From: Candidatus Parcubacteria bacterium
Lineage (GTDB): Bacteria; Patescibacteriota; Minisyncoccia; UBA6257; HR35
DNA length: 64,000 nt
NCBI GenBank assembly: GCA_025999335.1
Contig: AP024681.1
Coordinates: forward strand, 459,547-523,546
Reading direction: 5' to 3'
Each line of letters opens with the position of its first letter. The stretch's first letter is position 1. This document shows positions 49,403 to 59,972 of this stretch, piece by piece. The position numbers and the translations under genes are program-made. The notes under the pieces were generated by a model. It did no database searches. It was not told the origin of the DNA and saw only the letters and a list, made by a program, of their open reading frames with translations.

Positions 49403-50562
49403 TGAATTTAAATATTAAACAAGTTAAAGATCAATTAATTAAAGAATTAAATCAATTAAAAACTCCTCAAGGTTTTCTTTTGGCTGGTTTTCCTCATTTT
49501 AACAAGCTTTTTGGTAGAGACTCTTTAATTGTTTCTTGGCAGCTTTTAAATTATGATGTTGAGATTGTCAAAAATACTTTAGAGATTTTATCTAAATTTC
49601 AAGGAGTGGCAGTTAGCGAGATGTCTGAAGAAGAACCGGGGAAAATATTGCACGAGCATATAATAGGTTTTGATAAACATTCTAAAGGAAACTGGCCCTT
49701 TCCTTATTATGGTTCAATTGATTCAACATTGCTTTATCTAATTTTATTTTATTTTTATTTTAATAAAACCAAAGATGCTGATTTTATTAAACAATTTTGG
49801 GCAAACATTGAAAAAGCGGTTGATTGGATTCTTAATTACGGCGATAGGGATAACGATTTATTTATTGAATATAAGAATAAAAACCCTAATGGGCTTTATA
49901 ACCAAGGTTGGAAAGATTCAAATTTTATAAAATCAAAACTGCCAATTGCTATTGTTGAAGTTCAGGGTTATGAATATTTTGCTTTAGTTAAGATCAGCGA
50001 ATTGATTAAAGTTCTTAATATTAATAAAGAATTTTTAGATGTATTAAAAGAACGCGCAGATAAACTTCAAGAAAAATTTAATCAAAATTTTTGGATGGAT
50101 GATAAAAAATATTTTGCTTTAGGTTTAGATGGTGATAAAAAACAAATAAAATATATAACTTCAAATCCCGGGCATTTACTTTTTACAGAAATTGTTGATA
50201 ATGATAAGATTGATTATATTGTTAAAAAGTTATTTTCGGAAGAATTATGGACTGAATATGGTATAAGAACCCATTCAATTTATGAAGAAAATTTCAATCC
50301 TTTGTCTTATCATTTAGGTTCTATCTGGCCCCATGATAATTGGATTATTGCTCAAGGTTTAAAAAAATTAAATTATTTAGAAGAATACAACAGAATTAAA
50401 TCTGCTCTTTTAAATGCATTTAAAACAATTGGTTATTTGCCTGAGTATTACGGAGTAATTAACAACGAAATCAAATTAGAAAATTTGGAAAAAACTCCTG
50501 ATTATCCTCAAGCTTGGTCGTCAGGTGCTTTGTTAAATTTTATTTTAGAAGATGAAAAATGA
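49402..50562 (+). CDS. Amylo-alpha-1,6-glucosidase-like six-hairpin glycosidase (catalytic domain only)
   Basis: LFGRDSLI, EEPGKILHE, YYGSIDST, NQGWKDS, YHLGSIWPHDN, PQAWS. Confidence 0.88.
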   Translation: MNLNIKQVKDQLIKELNQLKTPQGFLLAGFPHFNKLFGRDSLIVSWQLLNYDVEIVKNTLEILSKFQGVAVSEMSEEEPGKILHEHIIGFDKHSKGNWPFPYYGSIDSTLLYLILFYFYFNKTKDADFIKQFWANIEKAVDWILNYGDRDNDLFIEYKNKNPNGLYNQGWKDSNFIKSKLPIAIVEVQGYEYFALVKISELIKVLNINKEFLDVLKERADKLQEKFNQNFWMDDKKYFALGLDGDKKQIKYITSNPGHLLFTEIVDNDKIDYIVKKLFSEELWTEYGIRTHSIYEENFNPLSYHLGSIWPHDNWIIAQGLKKLNYLEEYNRIKSALLNAFKTIGYLPEYYGVINNEIKLENLEKTPDYPQAWSSGALLNFILEDEK

Positions 50563-51880
50563 AGTTATAAAATTTTTTTCTCAGTTTATTTCCATTCCAT
50601 CGGTTTCAACGCAAAAAGATAGGTTTAACGATATTTTAAAAGCTGCTCATTTTTTGAAAGACAAATTTTTGTCTTTAGGATTTAAAGTTAAATTAATTCA
50701 AGATAAAAATTGTCCGCCTTTAATTTTAGCTTTTAAATTTATCGGTAATCAAAAGACAATTGGAATTTACGGTCATTACGATGTTCAGCCTGAAGATCCG
50801 CTTAAAGAATGGAAAACCGAACCGTTTAAATTAATTTTGAAAAATGGAAAATTTTATGGTCGCGGCAGTGCTGATAATAAAGGTCATATTGTGCAAAATA
50901 TTTTTGCTCTTGAAGAATTAATTAAAGAAAATAAGCTAAAAAATAATATTGTTTTTGTAATTGAAGGTGAAGAAGAATCAGCTAGTTCTAATTTTGAAAA
51001 ATATGTTTTAAAAGCTAAAGATATTTTATCCAAAATCGATGTTTTTTATTTAACTGATGTAGGTATGCGAAAAAAGAATATGCCAACAATTTATTATGCT
51101 CTGCGAGGAATTGTTTATTTTGAATTGAAAATAAAAATCGGTGAATACGATCTTCATTCAGGTAGTTATGGTAATTTAGCTTTAAATCCTGCTCAATTTT
51201 TAGGAGATCTGTTTTCAAAAATGAAGGATTTAAAAACAGGAAAAATTTTAATTTCTGGATTTTATGATGATGTAAGAAAAATTGACAATAAAGAAAAACG
51301 ATTATTGAAATTAGCTAGTCAAAAAGTAAAGGACATTTTAAAAGAGTCAAAACTTTATTTTCTTTGTTCTGTGGATAAGAAAAATCCATCATTTTCGACT
51401 AAAATTTATCCTTCCTTGGATGTCAATGGAATTAGCAGTGGTTATGTTGGCGAAGGGGCGAAGACAATTATTCCTAAAGAAGCAATTGTAAAATTTTCTT
51501 TTCGATTAATTGAATATCAAAAACCAGAAAAAATTATAAAATTAGTTCAAAATTTTATTAAAAAAAACATACCTCAAGGAATGAAATATGAATTAAAAAT
51601 TTTAGGTGCTTCTAGTCCCTTTTATACTCCAATAAATAATGAATATACCATGAAAACAAAGGCGATTTTAGAAACTATCTTTAAGAATAAAGTTATTTTT
51701 GATAGAGTTGGGGGTTCTATTCCAGCTGCAGAAATTTTACAAAGAGTTTTCAAAAAAACAATAATTTTAACAGGTTTTATGTTGCCAGATTGTAATATTC
51801 ATGCCCCTAATGAAAATTTCGATGAAGAAATGTTTTGGAAAGGCTTAAAAACTTTAAAATTAATTTATTCTTCAATTTAA
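50552..51880 (+). CDS. M20 family metallo-dipeptidase
   Basis: YGHYDVQP, GRGSADNKG, EGEEES, DLHSG, IHAPNE. Confidence 0.92.
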   Translation: MKNEVIKFFSQFISIPSVSTQKDRFNDILKAAHFLKDKFLSLGFKVKLIQDKNCPPLILAFKFIGNQKTIGIYGHYDVQPEDPLKEWKTEPFKLILKNGKFYGRGSADNKGHIVQNIFALEELIKENKLKNNIVFVIEGEEESASSNFEKYVLKAKDILSKIDVFYLTDVGMRKKNMPTIYYALRGIVYFELKIKIGEYDLHSGSYGNLALNPAQFLGDLFSKMKDLKTGKILISGFYDDVRKIDNKEKRLLKLASQKVKDILKESKLYFLCSVDKKNPSFSTKIYPSLDVNGISSGYVGEGAKTIIPKEAIVKFSFRLIEYQKPEKIIKLVQNFIKKNIPQGMKYELKILGASSPFYTPINNEYTMKTKAILETIFKNKVIFDRVGGSIPAAEILQRVFKKTIILTGFMLPDCNIHAPNENFDEEMFWKGLKTLKLIYSSI

Positions 51881-51899
51881 TTTTTTAATTTAATCTGAG

Positions 51900-52730
51900 A
51901 TGAATATTTTTTACATTAACGGAAAATTTATTCCAGAAAAACAAGCTAAAATTTCGATTTATGATTTAGGATTTTTGCGAGGATATGCTGTTTTTGATTT
52001 TCTAAGAACTTATCAAGGAGAGCCATTTTATTTAAAAGAACATTTACAAAGACTTTTAAACTCAGCGAAATTAATTGGTTTAAAGCATAATTATAGTTTA
52101 AATTTATTGATAAAAATTGTTTTAAAAACTTTAAAGAAAAATAATCTTAAAGAAGCAAGTATAAGAATTTATTTAACTGGTGGTTATTCAAAAGATTTTA
52201 TTTTGCCATCAAAACCACAATTAATTATTATTATTACTCCGATTAAAAAACCCCCTGATTATCTATATATTAAGGGCGGCAAATTAATTACTAAAATTTC
52301 CGAAAGGATTCTTCCTCAAGCGAAAACAATTGTTTATACTGAAGGAATAAAATTTTTACAAGAAGCAAAAAGAAAAAATGCAATTGAAGTTTTGTTAATC
52401 AGCAAAGACGGTAAAATTTTGGAATGCACAACTTCAAACTTTTTTGCCGTTATAAATAAAAAATTAATCACACCACCGACAGAGCAAATTTTAGCTGGCA
52501 TAACTCGCAAAGTTGTTATTCAATTAGCTAAAAAATTAAAAATTCCTGTAATTGAAAGAAATATTAATTTTAAAGAAATTAAAAATTTCGATGAAGCTTT
52601 TATAACAGCAACCAATAAAGAAATCCTGCCGATTGTAAAAATTGATAAAATAAAAATAGGCAAAGGTAAAGTTGGCGAAATAACAAAAATTTTAATGATC
52701 GAATTTAAAAAACTAACTGAGAATTATTGA
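51900..52730 (+). CDS. Class IV PLP aminotransferase (branched-chain or D-amino acid aminotransferase)
   Basis: D.GFLRGYAVFD, HLQRL..SA, catalytic K (QAKT), ECTTSNFF, LAGITR. Confidence 0.9.
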   Translation: MNIFYINGKFIPEKQAKISIYDLGFLRGYAVFDFLRTYQGEPFYLKEHLQRLLNSAKLIGLKHNYSLNLLIKIVLKTLKKNNLKEASIRIYLTGGYSKDFILPSKPQLIIIITPIKKPPDYLYIKGGKLITKISERILPQAKTIVYTEGIKFLQEAKRKNAIEVLLISKDGKILECTTSNFFAVINKKLITPPTEQILAGITRKVVIQLAKKLKIPVIERNINFKEIKNFDEAFITATNKEILPIVKIDKIKIGKGKVGEITKILMIEFKKLTENY

Positions 52731-53113
52731 TGAAAAATAAATAAAAAAATTTTATTCAAAGTTTGAAATATGCAATTAAAGGTTTAAATTATGCTTTTAA
52801 ACACCATCGTCATTTTAAAATAGAACTTTTCGTTGTCATTTTAGTAATTATCTTAAGTTTTATTTTTGATCTTAATACCCTCGAATTTCTTTCAATTCTT
52901 TTTGCCATAGTTTTAGTTTTGATTTCTGAAATTTTTAATAATTTAATTAAAGAAACTTTGAATTTTGTCTATCAAGAATATCATCAAAAAGTAAAATTCA
53001 TTAAAGATTTATCAGCAAGAGCTGTTTTAATTGCGGTTATTTACAGCTTAATTGTCGGAATAATAATCTTTTTACCAAAGATATTTAGCTTGTTTATATA
53101 TCCCCTTAGTTGA
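52730..53113 (+). pseudogene. dgkA: DgkA/undecaprenol kinase family gene with in-frame stop at codon 5 (possible restart at TTG 52763)
   Basis: ATG AAA AAT AAA TAA AAA AAT TTT ATT CAA AGT TTG AAA TAT GCA; downstream three-TM DgkA pattern with degenerate motifs. Confidence 0.6.
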
Positions 53114-53147
53114 ATTTATCTAAATATCGCTTTCAAATTATGATAAA

Positions 53148-53948
53148 ATGAATTCAATGATAAAAAGATTAATTAAAAAATCAATTTTTGTTTTAAGAAA
53201 TTATGGTTTAAAGGTTTTTTTAATTAAAGCTTTAAAATTTCCTCTCAATAGGATAAATCTTTTAAGACAAAAGTTAGGAGAAAAAAGAGCTTATAAAAAT
53301 TCCCAAAGAGTTATTTACAAATTAAAACAATTCAATTCTAATAATCCTGAAGAAGTTTTTAATTTTGCTTGGAAATTCTATTTTGGTTTAATTAGACCAA
53401 TGCAAATTAAAGAAGAATTCCTTGAACTTTTAAAAATCTTTCAACAGCTAAACCCCCAATATATTATGGAAATCGGAACAGCTAATGGCGGAACTCTATT
53501 TTGTTTTTGTAAATTAGCTAAAGATGATGCTACGATAATATCTATTGATCTTCCAGAAGGACCATTTGGCGGAGGTTATCCCAAATGGAGAATTCCAATT
53601 TATCAAGCTTTTGCTAAAGAAAATCAAAAATTATATCTCATAAGAGAAGATTCCCATAAAGAAGAAACCTTAAATAAAGTAAAAGAAGTTCTTAATGGCA
53701 ATCAATTAGATTTTCTTTTCATTGATGGTGATCACAGTTATGAAGGAGTTAAAAAGGATTTTGAAATGTATTCCCCTTTAGTTAGAAAAGGTGGGATAAT
53801 TGCATTTCATGATATTAATATTCATTTAAATGCACCAGAAATAGGCGTTAATAAATTTTGGAATGAGATAAAAAATCGCTTTGTCCATAAAGAAATGATT
53901 AAAGGCCATATTTCAGGTTGGGCAGGGATTGGTGTTTTATTTTTATAA
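53148..53948 (+). CDS. Class I SAM-dependent methyltransferase (Methyltransf_24-like)
   Basis: MEIGTANGG, LFIDGDHSYEGVKKD, GGIIAFHD. Confidence 0.9.
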   Translation: MNSMIKRLIKKSIFVLRNYGLKVFLIKALKFPLNRINLLRQKLGEKRAYKNSQRVIYKLKQFNSNNPEEVFNFAWKFYFGLIRPMQIKEEFLELLKIFQQLNPQYIMEIGTANGGTLFCFCKLAKDDATIISIDLPEGPFGGGYPKWRIPIYQAFAKENQKLYLIREDSHKEETLNKVKEVLNGNQLDFLFIDGDHSYEGVKKDFEMYSPLVRKGGIIAFHDINIHLNAPEIGVNKFWNEIKNRFVHKEMIKGHISGWAGIGVLFL

Positions 53949-53962
53949 TTAGTTTATAACTA

Positions 53963-54907
53963 ATGAATAAGCAACAATTAATAGAAAAATTAGATTATTC
54001 AGCACGAAAATATTTGTTTCCTTTAAAGACAAGGTTTTTAAAATTTCCTTTTATTACCTTAAGAGATGCTTTTATAACTATTTTGTTTAACAAAGTTTTA
54101 AGACAAAAAATTTATTTTTTAGTAAAAGCAAAAACCTTTTTTGAAGAAGATTTTTATTGCATTTTCCCCGAATCAACAGATGTTTATTTTTATGGAGCTT
54201 ATGTTTATTGTAATCCTGAATACAGATTGACCAGGTTTATAATAAAACATAACTTTAAAGATAATTTAATATTTTTTGATCTCGGAGCTCATTATGGATA
54301 CTATTCAGTTTTAATGAGCAAACTATATCCTCAAAGCAAAGTGTTTGCTTTTGAACCAGATAGAGGTGTTTTAGAAATTTTGAAAAAAAATAAAAGAGAA
54401 AATATCGAAATAATTCCTAAGGCAGTTGGTTCTTTTAATGGCAAAACAAAATTTTATTCTTTTGACTTATTAAGTTCAGGAGTCTCAACTTTAAATATAG
54501 AAAACTTAAAAAAAATTCCCCTTACTCAACAAAAGCCGAATGAATACGAAGTTGAAGTTATTACCTTAGATAGTTTTTGTGAAGAAAATAAAATAATTCC
54601 TGATTTTATCAAAATTGATGTTGAAGGAGCTGAAGAAGATGTTTTAAGGGGATCAACTAAGTTATTAAAAAATAAATCACCAATTATTGCTCTTGAAATT
54701 TGGTTTCGACCCACACCTCCCGAAAATTATCTTAATGCTGTTAATATTTTAAAGAATAATGAATTTAAAATGTTCGCCATAACTGAAAACGGTGATTTAG
54801 AAGAAGTAAATTATGACAATATTTTTGAATATTTTAAAAAACTTGAAGAAAGATATAAAAAAATAAATCAAGGAATTGTTTTTGATAATTTAATTTTTCT
54901 TAAATGA
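53963..54907 (+). CDS. FkbM family methyltransferase
   Basis: FDLGAHYGYY, AFEP, TLD, IKIDVEGAE. Confidence 0.92.
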   Translation: MNKQQLIEKLDYSARKYLFPLKTRFLKFPFITLRDAFITILFNKVLRQKIYFLVKAKTFFEEDFYCIFPESTDVYFYGAYVYCNPEYRLTRFIIKHNFKDNLIFFDLGAHYGYYSVLMSKLYPQSKVFAFEPDRGVLEILKKNKRENIEIIPKAVGSFNGKTKFYSFDLLSSGVSTLNIENLKKIPLTQQKPNEYEVEVITLDSFCEENKIIPDFIKIDVEGAEEDVLRGSTKLLKNKSPIIALEIWFRPTPPENYLNAVNILKNNEFKMFAITENGDLEEVNYDNIFEYFKKLEERYKKINQGIVFDNLIFLK

Positions 54908-56052
54908 AAAAAATTCTCTTTATTGGAGATAATTGGTTTGGAGATTTAGGTGGGAGAAAGAAAATAGTTTTGGCTTTAATGAATTTTTTAATCAATGACT
55001 ATAATATTTATTTACTCACCATAGATACTAAAATTAAAAAGGAATCAATTAAAGATTTTAAAAAAGATTTAGAAGAAGACATCAACATTTATCCTTATTT
55101 TTTTCCAAGGAATGTATTTTTTTATTTCAAACTTTTAATCCTCTTCGGAATAAAAATTTTAAAGATAAGACCCAACCTTATAATTTCTTTTGGCGGGGGA
55201 CCTCATTCTAATGCGAATTTTTTCTATATAAGTAAAATCTTTGCACCAAAAAGTAAAATAATTTTTATTGAACAAGGAAATACAAGGCATTTATTCAATA
55301 AACAAAATCTGATAGTGAAACTTTTAACTAAAATAGCATTTAAAAGTGTAGATAAAATAATTACGGCAGGCGAGGGAGTAGCTGAGGATGTAAAAAATTT
55401 ATTTAATTTAAGAAACAATCAAGTAACTTTTGTTTATAATTTTGTTGATTTTGAAAAAATTAAAAATTTAAGCTTGGAAGCAATTGAAGAAAAAATTTTT
55501 GCAGATAAATTCAAACCAATAATATTAGCAGTTAATAGGTTAGATTTATATCAAAAAGATATTTTAACTTTATTAAACGCCTTTTCTGTTGTTGCTCAAA
55601 ATGTAGATGCGTATTTAGTAATCATAGGTGAAGGACCTGATAGAGTCAAAGTAGAGAACAAAATTAAAGAATTAAATTTAGAGTCGAAAGTTTTTTTGTT
55701 AGGTCATAAAAATAATCCCTATAAATATATGAAAAATTCAGATGTTTTTGTTTTAAGTAGTTTCCATGAGGGAATGCCTATTGTTTTAATTGAAGCTATG
55801 GTTTGCAATCTACCGGTTGTTGCTACTGATTGTGATTTTGGACCAAGAGAAATAATTAAAGATGGACATAATGGATTTTTAGTTAAGGTCGGCGATTATG
55901 AAACTATGGCAAAAAAAATAATTGAATTAATCAAACACAAGGAGTTAATAAGAAAATTTGTAGAAAATTCGTTTTCGATTTTACCTTACTTTTCTTCTAA
56001 TTATGCTTTAGAAAAATATAAAGAAATTATAAATTCAGTAATGACACAATGA
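54904..56052 (+). CDS. GT4 glycosyltransferase
   Basis: QKD, IIGEGP, EGMPIVLIEAM. Confidence 0.9.
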   Translation: MKKILFIGDNWFGDLGGRKKIVLALMNFLINDYNIYLLTIDTKIKKESIKDFKKDLEEDINIYPYFFPRNVFFYFKLLILFGIKILKIRPNLIISFGGGPHSNANFFYISKIFAPKSKIIFIEQGNTRHLFNKQNLIVKLLTKIAFKSVDKIITAGEGVAEDVKNLFNLRNNQVTFVYNFVDFEKIKNLSLEAIEEKIFADKFKPIILAVNRLDLYQKDILTLLNAFSVVAQNVDAYLVIIGEGPDRVKVENKIKELNLESKVFLLGHKNNPYKYMKNSDVFVLSSFHEGMPIVLIEAMVCNLPVVATDCDFGPREIIKDGHNGFLVKVGDYETMAKKIIELIKHKELIRKFVENSFSILPYFSSNYALEKYKEIINSVMTQ

Positions 56053-57020
56053 AAATAGTTTTAATTTTTAACAAATCGTTTCCTTGTACAACAGGGCAAT
56101 ATATTTTGAAGATTTTAGAAAAAGAAAATGAAGTTTTTGTTTTATCACCAAAAGATAATTTTCAAAAAATTCACGAAATCCAACCAGATTTTATTTTAGT
56201 AATCGATGATAGTAGTCATTATATTCTAGATGTTAATTATCATCCTAAGGTAATATGGATTATTGATTCACATACTTCTTTTATCTGTGATAAAGTGATG
56301 GTTAAGAGTTTTGATATTGTTTTTGTGGCTCAGAAAGAATACGTTGAGAAATTTAAAAAATATAATCAACATGTTTATTGGCTTTCTTTAGCTTGTGATC
56401 CAGATTGGCATAGTAAACAGAATTTAGAAAAAATTTATGATGTTGCTTTTATTGGACAAATGGGAAGAGGCTGGCGGAGGAAATTATTAATAAATTTAAA
56501 AAAAGATTTCCCTAACTCTTTTATTTCTTCAGCTGACTGTAAAGATATTGGCAAAATCTATTCTCAAGCTAAAATAGTTGTTAATTATAATGTTAATAAT
56601 GATATTAATATGCGGGTTTTTGAGGCTTTGTGTTCTGGAAATTTACTTTTAACAAATAAAATAAAAGATAATGGTTTTAATGAATTATTTGAAGATAGAA
56701 AACATTTAGTGGTTTATAATGGGACTTATAGAGATTTAAAAGAAAAAATTAAATATTATTTAGAAAATGAAGAAGAAAGAGAAAAAATGGCTGAAAATGG
56801 AAGGAATTTAGCTTTATCTTTACATACTTATCAACAGAGAGCAGATTTTATGGTTAAAAAAATTTTAGAACTCAAAAACGAAAAATTTTATGATTATTCA
56901 AATTTAAGCTATTCTCTAATGAAATTAAATTTATTCATTAGATTTTTATTTTGGAAAGTGATTTATTTAAGGGTTTGGCAAGTTTTAGCCGAATTAAATG
57001 CTCTTTTAAGATTTAAGTAA
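56049..57020 (+). CDS. CgeB-like GT-B glycosyltransferase
   Basis: WIIDSH, YDVAFIG, INMRVFEALCSG, HTYQQR. Confidence 0.85.
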   Translation: MKIVLIFNKSFPCTTGQYILKILEKENEVFVLSPKDNFQKIHEIQPDFILVIDDSSHYILDVNYHPKVIWIIDSHTSFICDKVMVKSFDIVFVAQKEYVEKFKKYNQHVYWLSLACDPDWHSKQNLEKIYDVAFIGQMGRGWRRKLLINLKKDFPNSFISSADCKDIGKIYSQAKIVVNYNVNNDINMRVFEALCSGNLLLTNKIKDNGFNELFEDRKHLVVYNGTYRDLKEKIKYYLENEEEREKMAENGRNLALSLHTYQQRADFMVKKILELKNEKFYDYSNLSYSLMKLNLFIRFLFWKVIYLRVWQVLAELNALLRFK

Positions 57021-57022
57021 TT

Positions 57023-58030
57023 ATGCCTAAAGTTTCTATTATTACCCCAACTTATAATGTAGAAAAATTTATTGAAAGAGCTATTAAAAGTGTATTATGG
57101 CAGACATTTCAAGATTGGGAAATGATTATTGTTGATGATGGCTCAAAAGATAAAACTGTAGAAATAGTAAAAAAATATGTTGAAAAAGATCCAAGAATAA
57201 AACTTATTGAACGAAAAGAAAATACAGGAGGGCCAGCAATTCCAAGAACAATAGCTTGCAAGGAAGCTAAAGGAGAATACATAGCTTTTTTAGATCAGGA
57301 TGATATTTTTTATCCAGAAAATTTAGAAAAGAGGGTAAGATATTTAGACGAACATCCTGAAATAGACATTTTATTTACGATGGCTTGGACTTTTGATGAA
57401 GATACTAAAAAAATAGTTAATTATGAACACGGTGGTCCGGTTAATTTAATTGTTAGAAGAAAAGTTATTGAAGAAGCTGAATATTTTAAACCTGAACAAA
57501 ACGGAGTTGATGAAATAGGAATGCTTTATAGATATTTTTTAAAAGCCGAAAACAATTTTTCTAAGCAAGTTATTCTAACTAAAGAACCCTTGTCTTTATA
57601 TTCGAGACATCCCGGTCAAGGTTCTTATGTTGAAAATAAAGACCCGATTAAATTTGTCAAAAGAATCGAGTCTTTAATAGACGAATTTTCGGAAGAAAAA
57701 ATAAGTAATATCAAGATAGATGAAAAATTTAGGAACTACATAAAGAAGATTAGATATATTTGGTATTCAAGGTTGGGTAATTTTTATTGTTTAGCGGGTG
57801 ATTTTAAAAAAGGAAAAGAGGCATTTAAAAAATCTTTGAGATTACATTTTAATCTTTTTTCTTTGTTTTTTTTGATTCTTTCTTTTTTAGGATATAAAAA
57901 TTATAGGAAAATTGAATTTTTATTGAGAATGATTCAAAGAAAAATTTTATGGAAATTAAAAGTTTTTGTTTATAAGAGAAAATTTAAAGAAAGTTATGAT
58001 AAAGCCTTAAAAATACTTCAAGAATCATGA
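57023..58030 (+). CDS. GT2 glycosyltransferase
   Basis: VSIITPTYN, VDDGSKD, AFLDQDD. Confidence 0.92.
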   Translation: MPKVSIITPTYNVEKFIERAIKSVLWQTFQDWEMIIVDDGSKDKTVEIVKKYVEKDPRIKLIERKENTGGPAIPRTIACKEAKGEYIAFLDQDDIFYPENLEKRVRYLDEHPEIDILFTMAWTFDEDTKKIVNYEHGGPVNLIVRRKVIEEAEYFKPEQNGVDEIGMLYRYFLKAENNFSKQVILTKEPLSLYSRHPGQGSYVENKDPIKFVKRIESLIDEFSEEKISNIKIDEKFRNYIKKIRYIWYSRLGNFYCLAGDFKKGKEAFKKSLRLHFNLFSLFFLILSFLGYKNYRKIEFLLRMIQRKILWKLKVFVYKRKFKESYDKALKILQES

Positions 58031-59124
58031 AAAGCAAAATTCTTTTAATTTTAAGCAGTGAACAATTTTCCGGAGGAGAAAAAGTAGCTTTAGAAATCGC
58101 TAAAAACTTAAAATCAAATTTTGATTTTATCTTTTTTTTACCTGGAAAACCACAAAAAGAATTTGAAGAAGAACTAAAAAATTTTGAATTTTATTATTCC
58201 CCCCAAAAATCATTTTTAGAGATAATTAAAAATTTAAAGAAAACAATCACTTTTTTAAAGCCGTCAATTATCAATACCCATGGTACAAGAGCTAGCGTTT
58301 TTTTGAAACTTGTTCTTTTTCTCACTTTAAAGAAAAAGTTTAAATTTATTTATACTCTCCACGGTGCTCATTTTGTAAGAAGAAAATTTTCTGTTAATTT
58401 TATTTTTTTGATTTGGGAATTAATTACGAATTATTTGTTTGTAGATTATTTAATTTGCGTCGGTAAAGATGATTATGACCTCATTAAGAAACTAAAATTA
58501 ATTAATAAAAATAAATTGTTTTTAATAGAGAATGGAATAAATTTTGAAGAGTATCAAAACATAGAAAAAGGATATTTAAGAAAAAATTTTAATTTAAAGA
58601 ACGAAATAATTTTAACTACTATTTGTAGACTTCACTATCCAAAGGATCTTAAAACTCTTATTAATGCAGTTAATTTAATCAAAGACGAAAATATAGTTTT
58701 ATTTATAGTTGGCGATGGTCCTGACAGAAATGAATTGGAAGATTTAGTTAGAAATTTAAATTTGGAAAATAAAATAAAATTTTTAGGATTTAGAAAAGAA
58801 ATAAAAGAAATCTTACAAGACACTGATATTTTTATTCTCTCAACCCGTTGGGAGGGTTTACCTTTAGTTATTTTAGAAGCCTGGGCGACAAAAAAACCGG
58901 TTATTGCTTCAGATGTCCATGGTATTAGAGGCTTAATAAAAAATGAAGAATCAGGAATTTTGTTTAAATTTGGTGATCTCGAAGATTTGAAGAAAAAAAT
59001 TTTGCTATTGATCAAGAATGAGAATTTGAAATTCAAAATAGCGAACAATGGTTATGAATTAGTTAAAAAGAAATATAATATTTTTCAAATGGCCCAGAGT
59101 TATAAAGAAATTTATAATAGATGA
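58027..59124 (+). CDS. GT4 glycosyltransferase
   Basis: GGE, TLHG, VGDGP, EGLPLVILEA. Confidence 0.9.
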   Translation: MKSKILLILSSEQFSGGEKVALEIAKNLKSNFDFIFFLPGKPQKEFEEELKNFEFYYSPQKSFLEIIKNLKKTITFLKPSIINTHGTRASVFLKLVLFLTLKKKFKFIYTLHGAHFVRRKFSVNFIFLIWELITNYLFVDYLICVGKDDYDLIKKLKLINKNKLFLIENGINFEEYQNIEKGYLRKNFNLKNEIILTTICRLHYPKDLKTLINAVNLIKDENIVLFIVGDGPDRNELEDLVRNLNLENKIKFLGFRKEIKEILQDTDIFILSTRWEGLPLVILEAWATKKPVIASDVHGIRGLIKNEESGILFKFGDLEDLKKKILLLIKNENLKFKIANNGYELVKKKYNIFQMAQSYKEIYNR

Positions 59125-59972
59125 AAAACTTAAAAAAATTACTTTTAAATTACTTTCATTTTATAAGATCTCAGCTCCCTCTTACTAAAATCAAAACTAC
59201 ACCTTTTACTAAAATAAAAATAATTTTGGGAGCAATTTTCAATATTTTCCTTAAACCTCTTCAATTAATTAACCAAAATTTTTATTTTCGATTAAGAAAA
59301 TTCGTTCTAAGTGAAATATATAAAAATATTCAGATAGAAATTCAAAATAAAAAATTTAAGATTAGAGATGATATTGATTTAATGACTCTGTTAGCTGATG
59401 AGGGAATAGATGAATTTTTTAAAATAAGAGACAAGATTTTTTTAGATATAGGAGCTCACATTGGCAAATACTCTATTTTATATTCAGATTTTTACGAAAA
59501 AATTTATGCGTTTGAACCTGAACCCGATAATTTTAATTTATTAAAAGAAAACATTAGATTAAATAACTTAAAAGGAAAAATATTTCCCTTTCAATTAGCG
59601 CTTTCAGACAAAACCAGTAAAATAGAATTTTATTTATCTCCCTATTCAGTTGCCAATTCTCTTATTAAAAATGAAGGATATAAAAAAATTTTAGTTGATA
59701 CAATTACTTTAGATGAATTTTTGAAACAGGAAAAAATTAATTTTAACAACATCTCTTGTATCAAAATTGATGTCGAGGGAGCCGAAGATATGGTTATAAA
59801 AGGCATGGAAAAATCATTCTCATTTTTAAGATGTAAAATAATTATTGAAATTTTGGAAAACAATTCAGAAAATTTTAAATTTATTTCAGAATTTATTAAA
59901 AAGTACAATTTTAAAATAAAAAAAATTAAAGGTGATTATTATTTAGCTTATTATGAAAATTCTTCAAGTTAA
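59121..59972 (+). CDS. FkbM family methyltransferase
   Basis: LDIGAHIGKY, AFEP, TLD, IKIDVEGAE. Confidence 0.92.
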   Translation: MKNLKKLLLNYFHFIRSQLPLTKIKTTPFTKIKIILGAIFNIFLKPLQLINQNFYFRLRKFVLSEIYKNIQIEIQNKKFKIRDDIDLMTLLADEGIDEFFKIRDKIFLDIGAHIGKYSILYSDFYEKIYAFEPEPDNFNLLKENIRLNNLKGKIFPFQLALSDKTSKIEFYLSPYSVANSLIKNEGYKKILVDTITLDEFLKQEKINFNNISCIKIDVEGAEDMVIKGMEKSFSFLRCKIIIEILENNSENFKFISEFIKKYNFKIKKIKGDYYLAYYENSSS

